A stretch of 64,000 nt of DNA, from assembly GCA_021832305.1 (NCBI GenBank), contig JAKBLB010000002.1, positions 44,794 through 108,793 of the forward strand, read 5' to 3'. Positions 22,024 through 34,738 of this stretch are shown piece by piece. This DNA is from Pseudomonadota bacterium (GTDB taxonomy: Bacteria > Pseudomonadota > Gammaproteobacteria > Burkholderiales > Ferrovaceae). The notes under the pieces were generated by a model that was not told where the DNA came from, searched no databases, and saw only the letters and a program-made list of their open reading frames with translations. The translations under genes were made by a program, and so were the position numbers. Numbering within the stretch: position 1 is the stretch's first letter; each line of letters begins with the position of its first letter.

Positions 22024-22469
22024 GTGTGGTGCGGATCTATACGGACGGGGCCTGCAGTGGCAACCCCGGACCGGGGGGCTGGGGCGTCTGGTTGCACAGT
22101 TCGGGGGGAGAGCGCGAACTCTGGGGGGGGGTTGCGCAAACCACCAATAATCGTATGGAACTGCAGGCGGTCATCGAAGGATTGGCCGCCTTGACGAGGC
22201 CCTGCCAGGTGGAACTGTATACGGATTCCCAATATGTCCAGAAAGGCATCCAGGAATGGATTCATGCCTGGCGCCGCAATGGTTGGCTCACTTCTGCCCG
22301 CAAGCCGGTGCGGAACGCCGATTTATGGCAGACACTCTGGGAGGCGACCCAGCGTCACCAGATTTCCTGGCACTGGGTCAAAGGTCATGCAGGGGATCTG
22401 GGCAACGAGCGGGCCGATGCGTTGGCGCGGCGCGGCCTGGAAGAAAAGGGGCGGGTATGCGCTGGGTGA
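22020..22469 (+). CDS. rnhA: Ribonuclease HI
   Basis: [34 protein letters not shown]. Confidence 0.97.
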   Translation: MSVVRIYTDGACSGNPGPGGWGVWLHSSGGERELWGGVAQTTNNRMELQAVIEGLAALTRPCQVELYTDSQYVQKGIQEWIHAWRRNGWLTSARKPVRNADLWQTLWEATQRHQISWHWVKGHAGDLGNERADALARRGLEEKGRVCAG

Positions 22470-23188
22470 TGCTCGACACCGAGACCACCGGGTTGGATCC
22501 GCGTCAGGGGCATCGCCTGGTGGAAATCGGGTTGGTGGAAATCGTTGCCCGACGTCGTACGCGCACCTGGCATCACTACCTCAACCCAGGGCGAGACAGT
22601 GATCCGGGCGCCCTGGAAAAGCATGGTCTGACGACGGATTTTTTGAAGGACAAACCTCCCTTCGGCGGAGTGGTTGAAAGTCTCATCGAATTTTTGTGCA
22701 ATCCTCCACAAAGCACGCCACTGAACGGTTTGGTCATCCACAATGCCGCTTTTGATCTGGGGTTTCTCGATCATGAGTTGAGTCTGTTGGGAAGGCCGGC
22801 GTTGCTTGCCCATCTGCCGGAGGGGGTGTTGGTGGATTCCCTCAAGGTGGCGCGCGAATTGTTTCCGGGCAAACGCAACAGTCTGGATGCGCTCTGCGAA
22901 CGGTATGAAATCGATCATGCCCACCGCACGTTCCATGGTGCGCTGCTGGATGCCGAGTTGTTGGGGGAAGTCTACCTGGCCATGACGCGCGGCCAGGAAA
23001 ATCTGTGGATACCCGAAGAAACTTCCCGGGATGCGCTGCAGATGTCCGGTTACGTCGCCTCGACTTCGGCGCATCGATTGCGCGTACTGCAGGCCACTGA
23101 AGCGGAAATGGAGGCTCACCGTAGCCAATTGGAACGAATCGATCAAGCCAGTGGCGGGCGTATGCTGTGGCGGTCCGAGGTGCCCTGA
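22457..23188 (+). CDS. dnaQ: DNA polymerase III epsilon subunit
   Basis: [21 protein letters not shown] exonuclease motifs. Confidence 0.96.
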   Translation: MRWVMLDTETTGLDPRQGHRLVEIGLVEIVARRRTRTWHHYLNPGRDSDPGALEKHGLTTDFLKDKPPFGGVVESLIEFLCNPPQSTPLNGLVIHNAAFDLGFLDHELSLLGRPALLAHLPEGVLVDSLKVARELFPGKRNSLDALCERYEIDHAHRTFHGALLDAELLGEVYLAMTRGQENLWIPEETSRDALQMSGYVASTSAHRLRVLQATEAEMEAHRSQLERIDQASGGRMLWRSEVP

Positions 23189-23622
23189 GGGGAAGACAGG
23201 GTGGCTTGCAGTAACTGGAGGTAACGCGCCTGGTCCGGCGGGGTCCCCTGGCGTTGGGATTCCCACAGGACCTGCCCCAGACAGTCCAGAAGGCGGTGGC
23301 GAGCTTCATGTTCGTCGCGGGTGGTCTGGCACAGGCGCTGAAAAATTGCGCTGATACCCGGGGGGTGATCGATCCCCAGTTGTTCTTCGAGAGCAAGGTG
23401 CAGGGACAGATGCAAAAAGGGGTTCATGCCCCCATCCTCCGGGCCCCAGGTGCGTCCCAGCGTTTCTTCGGAAGCCGATTCGAGCAGCGGATGAAATTCC
23501 GGGTGGTGTTGAATGACTTCTGCAGCCAGTGCCTCCAGCGGGCTCAGCAAGCGTCCGTTGCGTTGCCCTTGCCAGGTTTCCATAAAAAATTTCCGGACTT
23601 CTGCGCGGCTGGGATCAAACAT
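23143..23622 (-). CDS. DUF1841 family protein
   Basis: [28 protein letters not shown]; follows nth. Confidence 0.85.
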   Translation of the reverse strand: MFDPSRAEVRKFFMETWQGQRNGRLLSPLEALAAEVIQHHPEFHPLLESASEETLGRTWGPEDGGMNPFLHLSLHLALEEQLGIDHPPGISAIFQRLCQTTRDEHEARHRLLDCLGQVLWESQRQGTPPDQARYLQLLQATLSSPQGTSDRHSIRPPLA

Positions 23623-24247
23623 GGATTTTCCCCATGTCACAGAGATCCTGGATCGGGCAGGCACTGCAGCGGGGTGCGCGTGCCTGGCAGACATGTCGAC
23701 CCTGCAGGATCAACCAGTGATGGGCATGCTGCAGAAAAGGCGCGGGAACGACGCGCAGCAGGGCCTGCTCCACCGCCAGGGGCGTGGTTCCGCGGGCCAG
23801 TCCGGTCCGGTTGGCAACCCGAAAGACATGGGTGTCCACGGCGATGGTGGGATGACCGTAGAGGATGTTGAGGACGACATTGGCGGTTTTGCGTCCTACG
23901 CCGGGTAAGGCTTCCAGTTCGCCTCGGGTCCCGGGCACCCGTCCCTCATGTCGTTCCACCAGAAGTCTGGCCATTTCAAGGGCATGGCGCGCCTTTGCCC
24001 GGTACAGTCCCAAGGTGCGGATGGCTCGTTCAAAGGCCGCCAATCCCAGCGCCAGCAGGTCCTGCGGGGTCTGCAGGGTGGGAAACAGAGGCGCGGTGGC
24101 CCGGTTGACTCCCACATCGGTAGACTGGGCCGACAGGAGAACTGCCAGGAGCAACTGAAAAGGGGTATGCCAGACCAGTTCAGTGGCGGGGTGGGGATTG
24201 GCGTGCGCCAATCGCTCAAACAACTGTTGGCGTTGGGCAGGAGTCAT
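23615..24247 (-). CDS. nth: Endonuclease III
   Basis: [45 protein letters not shown]. Confidence 0.96.
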   Translation of the reverse strand: MTPAQRQQLFERLAHANPHPATELVWHTPFQLLLAVLLSAQSTDVGVNRATAPLFPTLQTPQDLLALGLAAFERAIRTLGLYRAKARHALEMARLLVERHEGRVPGTRGELEALPGVGRKTANVVLNILYGHPTIAVDTHVFRVANRTGLARGTTPLAVEQALLRVVPAPFLQHAHHWLILQGRHVCQARAPRCSACPIQDLCDMGKIHV

Positions 24248-24464
24248 CGAGCGGGGCAGCGGGTAAAAAGGTAATGCAATTTTCCGGGCAGGGGGAAAGG
24301 CAATTTTCACAACCGGTGCACAGTGCGTGCAGGATGGTATGCATCCAGCGTGCGGCACCCACGATGGCTTGTTCGGGACAGGCGCGCAGGCACTTGAAAC
24401 AACCGATGCAGCGTGTCTCGTCGATCAGTGCGATTTGTCGGCGGGTGGCCAGGGTGGGATTCAT
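24216..24464 (-). CDS. N-terminally truncated RnfB/RsxB-like 2x[4Fe-4S] ferredoxin
   Basis: [12 protein letters not shown] and [12 protein letters not shown]; [11 protein letters not shown] RnfB-like; upstream of nth. Confidence 0.75.
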   Translation of the reverse strand: MNPTLATRRQIALIDETRCIGCFKCLRACPEQAIVGAARWMHTILHALCTGCENCLSPCPENCITFLPAAPLDDSCPTPTVV

Positions 24465-25477
24465 GTCGGGCGGTCACTTTCCAGAATCTCGCGGATCAGG
24501 TCCGGCCCTCGATAGATCAGGCCGGTGTAGACCTGGACCAACTGGGCGCCGGCGGCCAGCATGGCCTGGGCGCGCGCTGCGCTGGTGATGCCGCCGACAC
24601 CGATGATGGGCAGAGCCCCGTCCAGCACGTGGGCCAGATGGGCCACCACGGCCAGGGATTGTTCGTGGAGGGGGCTCCCGCTCAATCCCCCGGTTTCCTG
24701 CCCATGGGGCAAGTGCAGGACGGAAGCGCGGGTAATCGTGGTATTGGTGGCGATCACCGCATCCATGCGCTCTTCCACCAGAATCTGTGCAATGTCTGTC
24801 AGAGCTGCGGGGGTGAGGTCGGGGGCGATCTTGATGGCAATGGGTAAGGGACGTCCCAGCCGTTCCACCCACCGGAGTCGTTCTTCATGAAGGGCGCGCA
24901 GGAGCGGGGGCAGGGCCTCGGTTCCCTGCAGTTGGCGCAGGTTTTGGGTATTGGGGGAGGAGATATTGACCGTGACATAATCGGCGTGGGGCGCCACCGC
25001 GCTGAGTGCGGACCGATAATCCTCCACTGCGTGTTCCAGGGGAGTATCGAAATTTTTGCCGATATTGATGCCGAGGAGGGCGGACGGGCGCCATTGGCGG
25101 ACCTGTTCCACCAGTGCGGCCACGCCATGGTTGTTGAACCCCAGGCGGTTGATCAATCCTGCCACGGCGGGGAGGCGAAAGACACGGGGGCGGGGGTTGC
25201 CGCTTTGGGGGCGCGGGGTGACCGTACCGACTTCGATGAACCCGACACCGAGGGCGGCAAGACCCCGAAGGTAGGCCCCGTTTTTGTCCAGGCCTGCGGC
25301 AATCCCCAGGGGGTTGGCAAAGGTCAGACCCATGACGGTACGCGGGCGGGTGGCGACCAGGTGTCCGGGCTGGACCAGGCCACACCGGGCAGCCCGGTCC
25401 AGGGCGGTCAGGGAGAGGATGTGGGCGGTTTCGGGGTCGAGGCGAAACAGCAGGGATCGAGCAATGGGATAGAGCAT
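24461..25477 (-). CDS. pyrD: Dihydroorotate dehydrogenase (quinone, class 2)
   Basis: [32 protein letters not shown]. Confidence 0.96.
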   Translation of the reverse strand: MLYPIARSLLFRLDPETAHILSLTALDRAARCGLVQPGHLVATRPRTVMGLTFANPLGIAAGLDKNGAYLRGLAALGVGFIEVGTVTPRPQSGNPRPRVFRLPAVAGLINRLGFNNHGVAALVEQVRQWRPSALLGINIGKNFDTPLEHAVEDYRSALSAVAPHADYVTVNISSPNTQNLRQLQGTEALPPLLRALHEERLRWVERLGRPLPIAIKIAPDLTPAALTDIAQILVEERMDAVIATNTTITRASVLHLPHGQETGGLSGSPLHEQSLAVVAHLAHVLDGALPIIGVGGITSAARAQAMLAAGAQLVQVYTGLIYRGPDLIREILESDRPT

Positions 25478-25486
25478 CAGTGGGGG

Positions 25487-26242
25487 TCAGCGTATCGGCG
25501 AGTCAAGGGATTCAAGGAGTTCAGTGAAAGAGATCCAGGCCCCTGAAACCCTGGCTTCGAGGGGCTGGAAGCGGCTTTTGTACGCCATTTTGGCGCAGGA
25601 ACGGATCCAGTATCCCAGATAGAGCCAGGGAAGTCCCTGAGTCCGGCATTCCTCGATCTGCCAGAGGATGTTATAGGTACCGTAGGAAGTTCCGGGCATG
25701 TCCGGCTCATAGAAGGTGTAAACCGAAGAAAGTCCCTGAGCCAGTTCATCGATCAGGCTGATCATGCGCAGGTGTCCCTTTTCGCGAAATTCCACCAACC
25801 GGGTAGGCAGGGAGGATTGTAGCAGGAATTGGCGGTACTGGTCTTCTCCGGTGCGATCCTGGGTGACTTCTCGATGGCGTGCATGCTGGTATCGGGTATA
25901 GAGCGAAAAATGCTCCGGTTCGAAACGCAAGGGCAGTGAGCGTGCCTCCAGACCTCGGTGCTGTTTCCACACCCGGCGCTGAACACGCGAGGGGGAAAAG
26001 TCCCGTACCCGGATCCGTACGGGAATACAGGCGCGGCAACGGGGACAGTGGGGACGGTAGGTAAAGAGTCCGCTACGGCGAAAACCGTTTTCCACCAGGA
26101 TGCTGTACAGTTCCTGATCGATCTGGGGGCCGGGGGCCACGACCTGAGAGCGTGCGTTCTGCCCCGCCAGATAACTGCAGGGATAACTGGCCGTGACGTA
26201 ACACTGCACGGGTTGGGTCGGAAGGTCGTAAAGATGCGTCAC
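25487..26242 (-). CDS. ate: Aspartate/glutamate leucyltransferase (ATE/Bpt family)
   Basis: PCSYL, GFRRSG...YRPHC..C.AC, LSSVYTFYEP, YLGYWI. Confidence 0.92.
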   Translation of the reverse strand: MTHLYDLPTQPVQCYVTASYPCSYLAGQNARSQVVAPGPQIDQELYSILVENGFRRSGLFTYRPHCPRCRACIPVRIRVRDFSPSRVQRRVWKQHRGLEARSLPLRFEPEHFSLYTRYQHARHREVTQDRTGEDQYRQFLLQSSLPTRLVEFREKGHLRMISLIDELAQGLSSVYTFYEPDMPGTSYGTYNILWQIEECRTQGLPWLYLGYWIRSCAKMAYKSRFQPLEARVSGAWISFTELLESLDSPIR

Positions 26243-26406
26243 GGGGACACTCCAGGCGCGTCGTTCACGGGTTTTTGGGCAAAGCACGCAAGAAATCGGT
26301 AGCGTTCATGACCCCTAGTATAATACGAGGTTCTGGCCGTGCAAAATCATTGAGAGGGGCGGCGGTAAAATCGTGAAGGAGAGATCGGCATGAGAAGAGG
26401 TGGAAC

Positions 26407-28038
26407 GTGATCGGTTCCATGATGGGACGTCCGTTGCTGGTTTCTGCCTTGCTGGAACATGCGGCCCGCTGGCATGGAAAAACCGCCGTGGTTTCCCAAC
26501 GCGCGCCCGGGGAAGGGGTGAGCCTTGATTGGGCTGGCATCGATCAGCGAGCCCGCCGTCTGGCTCAGGCCCTGATTCGTCTGGGCGTGCGTCCGGGAGA
26601 TCGGGTCGGGACGCTGGGCTGGAATCATCACCGCCATCTGGAAGCCTATTACGCGATCCCGGGCATCGGGGCGATTTGTCATACCCTCAATCCGCGCCTG
26701 TTTCCGGAACAACTGGTCCAAATCCTGCAAGATGCGGAAGACGTGGGTTTGCTGGTGGATTCCGGGCATCTTTCCCTGTTGCCGATCCTTGAAAACCTGG
26801 GCGTGCGTCTGCCCTGGGTGATCGTGATGGGCGAACCCGGTGACGCGACTGTGCCGGTCCTGGGGACGTGGTTCGACTATGAAACCCTGCTGGCCGGAGA
26901 AAATGGAGGTTTCGACTGGCCTGACTGGCCGGAGGAGCAAGCCGCCGGTCTCTGTTTTACCTCGGGAACCACGGGGCGACCCAAAGGGGTCGCGTACTCC
27001 CACCGTTCCACCGTGCTTCACGCCATGAGTGTGGCTTTGCCCGACAGTCTCGGGTTTTCGGCTTGTGATTCGGTATTGCCGGTGGTTCCGCTGTTCCATG
27101 CCAATGCCTGGGGATTTCCTCATGCGGCCGCTCTGGTAGGGGCAAAACTGGTGTTGCCCGGCCCCTGGCTGGATGGCGCAACCCTGTATGCCCTGTTGGA
27201 GCGCGAAGAGGTCACGATCAGTGCGGGAGTCCCCACGGTGTGGCGGGGTTTGATGACCTTTCTTCAGGCGCAGGGGGTGACATTGCATCATCTGCGCCTG
27301 CTCGGGGTGGGAGGAGCGGCTTGCCCTTCGACGCTGGTGCGTTATTTCGAGCGTGAACAGAAAGTGACGGTGCGGCCGGGGTGGGGAATGACGGAAACCA
27401 GTCCGGTGGCGGCGCTCATGAGCCCCAAACGGGCACAGACAGGGTTATCCGGTGAGGCGCGCTGGCGCTGGTTGGATAAGGCGGGGCGTCCTCCCTTTGG
27501 TGTGGATATGCGGTTGGTGGACAGTGAGGGGCGGGAAGTGATCCGGGATGGAATGACCTCCGGTCATCTGGAGGTGCGCGGCCCGTGGATTTGTGAATAC
27601 TACTGGAAAGAGGCACGGGGGACGGGGCGGGCCTGGTTTCCGACCGGCGATGTGGCCACTCTGGATGAAGAGGGATTCCTGCAGATTACGGATCGTGTCA
27701 AGGATTTGATCAAGAGTGGGGGAGAATGGATCAGTTCGGTTCAGGTGGAACAGGCGGCCTTACTTCATCCTGCCCTGCGGGAAGCGGCGGTGATCGGATT
27801 CCCTGACCCGCATTGGGGGGAACGACCGCTGTTGATCATGGTGCTGGAAGCGGGAAAGGCGGTGGAGGAAAAAGAATTACGACGACACCTGGCCCGGCAT
27901 GTGGCGCGCTGGTGGGTGCCCGATCGCTTTCTGACCGTGGACGGTCTGCCTTATACCGCTACGGGCAAGGTGGACAAGGTGGCTTTGCGCCAGCGTCATG
28001 GCGGATGTGGGGTTGATTTGCCCGGGGTTCGGACATAA
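26407..28038 (+). CDS. Long-chain fatty acid-CoA ligase (AlkK/DmdB-like)
   Basis: [38 protein letters not shown]. Confidence 0.88.
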   Translation: MIGSMMGRPLLVSALLEHAARWHGKTAVVSQRAPGEGVSLDWAGIDQRARRLAQALIRLGVRPGDRVGTLGWNHHRHLEAYYAIPGIGAICHTLNPRLFPEQLVQILQDAEDVGLLVDSGHLSLLPILENLGVRLPWVIVMGEPGDATVPVLGTWFDYETLLAGENGGFDWPDWPEEQAAGLCFTSGTTGRPKGVAYSHRSTVLHAMSVALPDSLGFSACDSVLPVVPLFHANAWGFPHAAALVGAKLVLPGPWLDGATLYALLEREEVTISAGVPTVWRGLMTFLQAQGVTLHHLRLLGVGGAACPSTLVRYFEREQKVTVRPGWGMTETSPVAALMSPKRAQTGLSGEARWRWLDKAGRPPFGVDMRLVDSEGREVIRDGMTSGHLEVRGPWICEYYWKEARGTGRAWFPTGDVATLDEEGFLQITDRVKDLIKSGGEWISSVQVEQAALLHPALREAAVIGFPDPHWGERPLLIMVLEAGKAVEEKELRRHLARHVARWWVPDRFLTVDGLPYTATGKVDKVALRQRHGGCGVDLPGVRT

Positions 28039-28088
28039 AAAAGACCAGATTCGACCGCGTGGGCGGAAGAAACCTGGTCCAAATGACT

Positions 28089-28108
28089 ACGGGGCATTCA
28101 AGCCCCGT
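28089..28108 (-). terminator. Hairpin downstream of cold-shock gene
   Basis: ACGGGGC-ATTCAA-GCCCCGT; weak U-tract. Confidence 0.4.
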
Positions 28109-28116
28109 TCACGCAC

Positions 28117-28320
28117 CTAGGCGTTTTGAATGTTTGAGGCTTGCTTTCCCTTGGGTCCCTGGGTGACATCGAAGGAGACTTTCTGACCTTCCTTCAGGGT
28201 TTTGAACCCGCCCATCTGGATGGCGGAAAAATGCGCGAAGAGATCTTCGCTTCCGTCATCGGGGGTGATGAAACCGTAACCTTTAGAATCGTTGAACCAC
28301 TTGACTGTACCTGTTGCCAT
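28117..28320 (-). CDS. Cold-shock protein (CspA/CspD family)
   Basis: [27 protein letters not shown]; divergent from clpS. Confidence 0.96.
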   Translation of the reverse strand: MATGTVKWFNDSKGYGFITPDDGSEDLFAHFSAIQMGGFKTLKEGQKVSFDVTQGPKGKQASNIQNA

Positions 28321-28655
28321 GTTTGCTTTCCTGTTGATGATTTGGGCCTTAAAACCCGGATAAGGTTTGAGTTTCAAGGCCAGCAAACGGCAAAACCGGT
28401 GATGCAGACAACTTGGAACCAAACTCCAGTTGCACTTTTACGCGAGTTTGGGTCTGATCGTCAAGAGGGAATCCGGGTTTTTTTGGGAAAAAGGTCGGTT
28501 TTGTATAAAAAATGATCAGAAATGGATTTTTTGAGTAAAGGGGTTGCGAAAATTCTTGAAAAGTTTAGACTGAAACCATATCTTCGAAGGCAGTGGGAAG
28601 GGGAGATCGGGGGCGGTGAGTTTCCTCACGGTTGACTGGATCCGGTGGGGGGGAG

Positions 28656-28964
28656 ATGAGTCGGGAATTGACAACGGTGCTGGAAAGAAGGGAGATCCGG
28701 GCGAATCCGCCACCGCTCTTCGATGTCCTGTTGCTGAATGACGATTACACCCCCATGGAATTTGTGGTGGACGTGCTCGGACGGGTGTTCGGTCTGGGGC
28801 AGGAGGCGGCAGTACGGGTCATGTTGCAGGTTCATACGGAGGGTCGTGGACTCTGTGGCACTTATCCGCACGATATTGCCGCAACGCGGGTGGCGCGCGT
28901 CGTCACTCTGGCGCGCGCAGCGCAACATCCTTTGCAATGTATCATGGAGGAACGAGGATCATGA
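28656..28964 (+). CDS. clpS: Clp protease adaptor ClpS
   Basis: [26 protein letters not shown]. Confidence 0.96.
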   Translation: MSRELTTVLERREIRANPPPLFDVLLLNDDYTPMEFVVDVLGRVFGLGQEAAVRVMLQVHTEGRGLCGTYPHDIAATRVARVVTLARAAQHPLQCIMEERGS

Positions 28965-31234
28965 TTGCCCAAGAACTGGAAGTCAGTCTACACATGGCCT
29001 TCGTGGACGCACGTCAGAAGCGCCACGAGTTTATCACTGTGGAGCATCTGTTGTTGTCCCTGACGGAAAATGCCGCCGCACTGGAGGTATTGCAGGCCTG
29101 TGGTGCCGATGTCGGGGGGTTGCGCGAAAAGTTGAGCACGTTCATCCAGGAAAACAATCCTCAGACCGGGGGAACCGGGACAGTGGATACCCAGCCCACG
29201 CTGGGCTTTCAGCGGGTCATTCAGCGCGCTATCCTGCATGTTCAATCCTCGGGAAAAAAGGAGGTGACCGGTGCCAACGTTCTGGTGGCCATCTGCGGGG
29301 AAAAGGATTCCCATGCCGTGTTTTTCCTCAACCAGCAGGGCATTACCCGTCTGGACATGGTGAACTTCATGATTCACGGCGTGAGCAAGGTGAAGAGTTC
29401 CGCGTCTCTCCAAAAAGAAGAGGCAACCGCCGATGGAGAGAGCGAGGTAGTCGCCGGACGGGAATTACAAAACTTCACAGTTGATCTCAATGCGCAGGTG
29501 GTTGCGGGAAAAATCGACCCCCTCATTGGACGGGATCGGGAAGTGGAGCGAGTCGTCCAGATCCTGTGCCGCCGCCGCAAGAACAATCCTCTCCTGGTGG
29601 GAGAAGCCGGGGTGGGTAAAACCGCCATCGCCGAAGGACTGGCCTCGCGCATCGTGGGCGGGGAAGTCCCCGAAATTCTCAAGTCTGCCACGGTTTACAG
29701 CCTCGACATGGGGGCTTTGCTGGCGGGGACCAAATACCGGGGGGATTTCGAACAACGGCTCAAGGCGGTGCTCAGACAGTTGAAGGAAGACCCCCACAGC
29801 ATCCTGTTCGTTGACGAGATTCATACGCTGATCGGCGCAGGCGCCTCTTCAGGAGGGACTCTGGATGCTTCCAACCTGCTGAAGCCTGCGCTTTCGAGGG
29901 GGAATCTGCGCTGCATCGGTGCGACGACCTACACCGAGTTTCGCGGTGTTTTCGAGAAGGATCATGCCTTGGCCCGGCGGTTCCAGAAGGTGGATGTGAG
30001 CGAGCCCTCCGTGGAGGATACGGTGCAGATCCTGCGCGGGTTGAAGTCTCGTTTCGAGGTCCACCACGGGGTTCGCTACAGTGATGCGGCCATCACCAGT
30101 GCGGCGGAACTGGCGGCCCGTTTCATCAACGATCGTCATCTGCCGGACAAGGCCATCGATGTGATCGACGAGGCGGGGGCGGCGCAACGCATTCTCCCCA
30201 AGTCCCGGCAACGCAAGTGGATCGGCAAGGCGGAAATCGAGGATATCGTGGCCAAGATTGCCCGTATTCCCGTGCACAACATCACCCGTTCCGACCGCAC
30301 CGCGCTCAAGACGCTGGATCGCGACCTGAAAGCGGTGGTCTTTGGTCAGGATCGGGCCATCGATGCCTTGAGTGCCGCCATCAAAATGGCGCGTAGTGGG
30401 TTGGGGAATCCCCAAAAACCCGTGGGTTCTTTTCTGTTTTCCGGACCGACGGGGGTGGGCAAGACGGAAGTGGCTCGCCAACTGGCTTATGTCCTGAAAG
30501 TGGAACTGATCCGTTTCGACATGTCCGAGTACATGGAGCCCCATGCCGTCTCCCGTCTCATTGGCGCGCCACCGGGATATGTGGGGTTCGACCAGGGGGG
30601 GTTGTTGACGGAAGCCATCACCAAAAACCCGTACTCGGTCCTGTTGCTGGACGAAATTGAAAAAGCGCACCCCTCCATCACCAACATACTGCTTCAGGTG
30701 ATGGACCATGGAACTTTGACGGACAACAATGGGCGCAAGGCAGATTTTCGGAATACCATTCTGATCATGACCACCAATGCGGGGGCCGAGGCCCTGACCC
30801 GTACCAGCATCGGTTTCATGAGCGCACAAACCCAGGGCGGGCAGGGCGAGGAAGAAAAGGAGATCAAGCGCCTGTTTTCTCCCGAATTTCGCAATCGGCT
30901 GGATGCGCGAATCTCCTTCGCGGCTCTGGACAGCGACATCATTCTGCGGGTGGTGGACAAGTTCCTCATGCAACTCGAGTCCCAATTGCATGAAAAACGT
31001 GTGGAAGCCACCTTCACCGAACGCTTGCGGGCCTATTTGGCGCGCCAGGGCTTCGATCCCCTGATGGGCGCGCGTCCCATGGCGCGCTTGATACAGGATA
31101 CGATCCGGCGCGCCCTGGCGGACGAATTGCTGTTCGGGCGTCTGGCTCAGGGAGGGAAGGTGGTGGTGGATCTGAACGAGGAAAACAAGATTCGACTCGA
31201 GTTTGAAGAAAACCTGGCTGAAAGCGTGCATTGA
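28961..31234 (+). CDS. clpA: ATP-dependent Clp protease ATP-binding subunit ClpA
   Basis: [27 protein letters not shown], two AAA+ modules. Confidence 0.97.
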   Translation: MIAQELEVSLHMAFVDARQKRHEFITVEHLLLSLTENAAALEVLQACGADVGGLREKLSTFIQENNPQTGGTGTVDTQPTLGFQRVIQRAILHVQSSGKKEVTGANVLVAICGEKDSHAVFFLNQQGITRLDMVNFMIHGVSKVKSSASLQKEEATADGESEVVAGRELQNFTVDLNAQVVAGKIDPLIGRDREVERVVQILCRRRKNNPLLVGEAGVGKTAIAEGLASRIVGGEVPEILKSATVYSLDMGALLAGTKYRGDFEQRLKAVLRQLKEDPHSILFVDEIHTLIGAGASSGGTLDASNLLKPALSRGNLRCIGATTYTEFRGVFEKDHALARRFQKVDVSEPSVEDTVQILRGLKSRFEVHHGVRYSDAAITSAAELAARFINDRHLPDKAIDVIDEAGAAQRILPKSRQRKWIGKAEIEDIVAKIARIPVHNITRSDRTALKTLDRDLKAVVFGQDRAIDALSAAIKMARSGLGNPQKPVGSFLFSGPTGVGKTEVARQLAYVLKVELIRFDMSEYMEPHAVSRLIGAPPGYVGFDQGGLLTEAITKNPYSVLLLDEIEKAHPSITNILLQVMDHGTLTDNNGRKADFRNTILIMTTNAGAEALTRTSIGFMSAQTQGGQGEEEKEIKRLFSPEFRNRLDARISFAALDSDIILRVVDKFLMQLESQLHEKRVEATFTERLRAYLARQGFDPLMGARPMARLIQDTIRRALADELLFGRLAQGGKVVVDLNEENKIRLEFEENLAESVH

Positions 31235-31247
31235 CCCGTTAAAAACC

Positions 31248-31277
31248 TTCCTCCCCCCGCAGTCTGGCCTTTATAAT
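31248..31277 (+). promoter_or_regulatory. Putative promoter for xfp-ackA-atpG-atpC
   Basis: TATAAT at 31272-31277 in the clpA-xfp gap; weak -35. Confidence 0.45.
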
Positions 31278-31309
31278 GGCCCCACCAAGTCTAACGGGGG
31301 GAGGGGTTT

Positions 31310-33667
31310 ATGGATCCATTTTCTGATGCTGAAGAGTTGGCGCGCATGGATGCGTGGTGGCGGGCCGCCAACTACCTGTCCGTGGGTCAAATCTATCTGA
31401 AGGACAACCCGCTACTCGAGCGTCCGCTGACGCTGGAGGACATCAAACCCCGTCTGCTGGGGCACTGGGGGACGACGCCCGGACTCAATTTCATCTACGT
31501 TCACATGAATCGGGTCATTCTGGCGCGGGACCTGTCCATGATCTACCTGGCGGGACCGGGTCACGGCGGACCGGGAATGGTGGCCAACACCTGGCTGGAA
31601 GGCACCTACAGCGAAATTTATCCGCAGGTTTCCCGGGACCGGGCGGGGATGCGCCGCCTGTTCAGGCAGTTCTCCTTTCCGGGCGGGATCCCCAGTCATG
31701 TGGCGCCGGAAACGCCCGGTTCGATCCATGAGGGCGGGGAGTTGGGGTATGCCCTTTCTCATGCCTACGGGGCCGTGTTTGACAATCCGGACCTGATCGC
31801 CTGCTGTGTGATAGGGGATGGGGAAGCCGAGACCGGGCCCATGGCCGCCTCCTGGCATTCCAATAAATTTCTCGATCCGCGCCGGGATGGGGCTGTGCTG
31901 CCGATCCTGCATCTGAACGGTTACAAGATCGCCAATCCCACGATATTGGGGCGGATGCCCGAGGAAGAAGTGACAGCCCTGTTCCAGGGCTATGGTTACC
32001 AACCTCACTGGGTGTCGGGCGATGATCCCATGACCATGCATGCGCAGATGCGCGCTACGCTGAACCAGGTGCTGGATGACATCCGGGAGATACAACGGGT
32101 CGCTCGTTCGGGACGGGGAGCGATCCTCCGGACGCATTGGCCCATGATCATCCTGCGCAGTCCGAAGGGGTGGACCGGTCCAAAGACCGTGGATGGACAG
32201 AAAACCGAAGGGTTCTGGCGCGCGCATCAGGTTCCCTTGTCTGAACTGCGCTCACGCCCCGACCATCTCCAACTTCTGGAAGACTGGATGCGTTCTTACC
32301 GCCCTCAGGAACTGTTTGATGCCGAGGGACATCTGCGTCCCTCCCTGGCGGCCCTGGCCCCTCTGGGTACGCGCCGTATGAGCGCCAATCCGCACGCCAA
32401 TGGGGGGCTTTTGCGGCGCGATCTGGTCTTGTCCGATTGGCGCACCCATGCCCTGTCGGTACCCCAGGCAGGACAACAGGAAGCCGAAGCAACCCGGATC
32501 ATGGGGCGTTTTCTGAGGGATGTCATGGCTTCCAATCAAGACAACTTCCGTTTGTTCGGCCCGGATGAAACGGCGTCCAATCGCCTGAATGCCGTATTTG
32601 AAGTGACGGACCGGACCTGGGAACTGCCCGTGCTTCCCGAGGATGACCATCTGGCGGCAGATGGACGGGTCATGGAAATTCTCTCCGAGCACACTTGCCA
32701 AGGCTGGCTGGAAGGCTATCTGCTGACGGGGCGCCATGGCGTGTTCTCGTGCTATGAGGCGTTTATCCATCTGGTGGATTCCATGTTCAACCAGCATGCC
32801 AAGTGGCTCAAGACCACGGCGCACCTGCCCTGGCGTCCTCCCCTGGCCTCGCTCAATTATCTGTTGACTTCCCATGTCTGGCGCCAGGACCACAATGGGT
32901 TTTCCCATCAGGACCCCGGTTTTCTGGATCATGTGGTCAACAAGAAGGCCGATGTCATTCGGGTCTATCTTCCGCCGGATGCCAACACCCTGTTGTGTGT
33001 GACCGATCATTGCCTGCGTAGCCTGCATCGGGTCAATGTGATCGTGGCCGGCAAGCAGCCTGCCTTGCAGTGGCTGGATCGGGATGCCGCCGCCGCCCAT
33101 GTGGCGGCAGGGATCGGCCGGTGGGACTGGGCCAGTTCCGAAGGTAACGGCGTCCCTGATGTGGTCATGGCCTGCTGTGGTGACGTGCCCACTCTGGAGA
33201 CCCTGGCAGCAGTGGATATTTTGCGCCGCGAATTGCCGGATCTGCGGATACGGGTCGTGAACGTGGTGGACCTGATGACCCTTCAACCCCATGAAGAACA
33301 TTCCCATGGGCTCTCGGCGCCGGATTTCGAGGCCCTGTTCACGCCCCATTGCCCGGTCATCTTTGCTTTCCATGGCTATCCCTGGCTGATCCATCGTCTC
33401 ATTTATCGCCATGCCAACAGTGCCCATTTTCATGTGCGCGGGTACAAGGAAGAAGGGACCACCACCACGCCCTTCGACATCACCGTGCTCAATGAGTTGG
33501 ACCGTTTCCATCTGGTCATGGATGTGCTCGACCGGGTGGCTGTTCCGGCGGAGCGGGGTGCGCTCTTGCGGCAACAGATGGTGGATTATCTGACGGCCCA
33601 TCGTGCCTATGTGTGCGAGTTTGGTGAAGATCAAGCGGAAATTCAGGAATGGCGGTGGCCCCACTAA
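31310..33667 (+). CDS. xfp: Phosphoketolase (XFP family)
   Basis: [53 protein letters not shown]. Confidence 0.96.
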   Translation: MDPFSDAEELARMDAWWRAANYLSVGQIYLKDNPLLERPLTLEDIKPRLLGHWGTTPGLNFIYVHMNRVILARDLSMIYLAGPGHGGPGMVANTWLEGTYSEIYPQVSRDRAGMRRLFRQFSFPGGIPSHVAPETPGSIHEGGELGYALSHAYGAVFDNPDLIACCVIGDGEAETGPMAASWHSNKFLDPRRDGAVLPILHLNGYKIANPTILGRMPEEEVTALFQGYGYQPHWVSGDDPMTMHAQMRATLNQVLDDIREIQRVARSGRGAILRTHWPMIILRSPKGWTGPKTVDGQKTEGFWRAHQVPLSELRSRPDHLQLLEDWMRSYRPQELFDAEGHLRPSLAALAPLGTRRMSANPHANGGLLRRDLVLSDWRTHALSVPQAGQQEAEATRIMGRFLRDVMASNQDNFRLFGPDETASNRLNAVFEVTDRTWELPVLPEDDHLAADGRVMEILSEHTCQGWLEGYLLTGRHGVFSCYEAFIHLVDSMFNQHAKWLKTTAHLPWRPPLASLNYLLTSHVWRQDHNGFSHQDPGFLDHVVNKKADVIRVYLPPDANTLLCVTDHCLRSLHRVNVIVAGKQPALQWLDRDAAAAHVAAGIGRWDWASSEGNGVPDVVMACCGDVPTLETLAAVDILRRELPDLRIRVVNVVDLMTLQPHEEHSHGLSAPDFEALFTPHCPVIFAFHGYPWLIHRLIYRHANSAHFHVRGYKEEGTTTTPFDITVLNELDRFHLVMDVLDRVAVPAERGALLRQQMVDYLTAHRAYVCEFGEDQAEIQEWRWPH

Positions 33668-34728
33668 CTCTTCTGGTTCTCAACAGTGGTTCCTCTTCTT
33701 TGCGTGCCACCCTGTTTCGGGGGGGAGAGGGAATCCGTCACTGGCATTTTTCCGGAACCACGGATCACGAAGGCGCGCTTCAGTCCCTGCTGAACGATCT
33801 GGAAGGCCAGCGCCCGGATGGCGTGGTTCACCGGCTGGTGCATGGGGGCGCCGTCGCGGAGGGGGCACGGGTGATCGATGGGGTGGAGCGGAGTCGTCTC
33901 GAGGCATTGGTGCCTCTGGCCCCGCTTCATCTGCCTGCCAATCTGAGGGGCGTAGACCTCTGCACGGCCTGTTTTCCCGTACCCCAGATCGCCTGTTTCG
34001 ATACGGCCTTTCATGCCACCTTGCCCGCCCTGGCCATGCGCCTGCCCGTTCCTGCCCGTTTTCATCTGCGCAAATTCGGTTTTCATGGCTTGAGTTATGC
34101 TCATCTGGCGCGGCGCCTGCCTGGGGTTCTGGGTCTGCGGCGCGCCCTGGGGAGGATCGTGGGGCTGCATCTCGGACAAGGGGCCAGTGCCTGTCTCCTG
34201 CATCACTTGACGTCCGTCGAGACGACCATGGGATATAGCCCGGCGGGAGGGCTGGTGATGGGGACGCGCAGCGGGGATCTGGACCCGGGGGTCATGCTGG
34301 CACTGGGGCTGGAGTTGACATGGGATGAACTGGCCCAGGTGGTTTACCATGAGATGGGCTTATGGGCCTTGTCCGGGGGAATCAGCGCCGACATGAAAAC
34401 CTTGTTGGCGGATGGTCGGGAAGAGGCCCGTTTTGCCGTGGAATTTTTTTGTCGGCGGGTGGCGCAGAGCGTGGGCGCCATGGCCACCCTGTTGGGCGGG
34501 CTGGATGCGCTGGTCTTTACCGGCGGCATTGGAGAGCATGCCGGGGCAGTTCGGTCGCTCATCGTGCAGTCCTTGTCTTTTCTCGGGTTTACCCTGGACG
34601 AGGGCGCCAATCAGGAAAATGCGCCCTTCATTTCCACGGCGCAGAGTCTTCCCGTCCTGATCATTCCCGCCGACGAGGAAGACCTGATGCGTGAGGTGGC
34701 GACACCGCTCTTCACGCTCCGGCACTGA
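33649..34728 (+). CDS. ackA: Acetate/propionate kinase
   Basis: [51 protein letters not shown]. Confidence 0.93.
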   Translation: MAVAPLTLLVLNSGSSSLRATLFRGGEGIRHWHFSGTTDHEGALQSLLNDLEGQRPDGVVHRLVHGGAVAEGARVIDGVERSRLEALVPLAPLHLPANLRGVDLCTACFPVPQIACFDTAFHATLPALAMRLPVPARFHLRKFGFHGLSYAHLARRLPGVLGLRRALGRIVGLHLGQGASACLLHHLTSVETTMGYSPAGGLVMGTRSGDLDPGVMLALGLELTWDELAQVVYHEMGLWALSGGISADMKTLLADGREEARFAVEFFCRRVAQSVGAMATLLGGLDALVFTGGIGEHAGAVRSLIVQSLSFLGFTLDEGANQENAPFISTAQSLPVLIIPADEEDLMREVATPLFTLRH

Positions 34729-34738
34729 GGCAGGGGCC

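Noticed and set aside
13554-23188. Peptide ABC operon next to mltD/gloB/rnhA/dnaQ as a novel peptidoglycan system
   Set aside because: Common betaproteobacterial synteny; nothing unusual in the sequence.
28321-28655. Possible ncRNA in the csp-clpS intergenic region
   Set aside because: Explained by the long csp 5' UTR and divergent promoters; no distinct structured RNA motif recognised.
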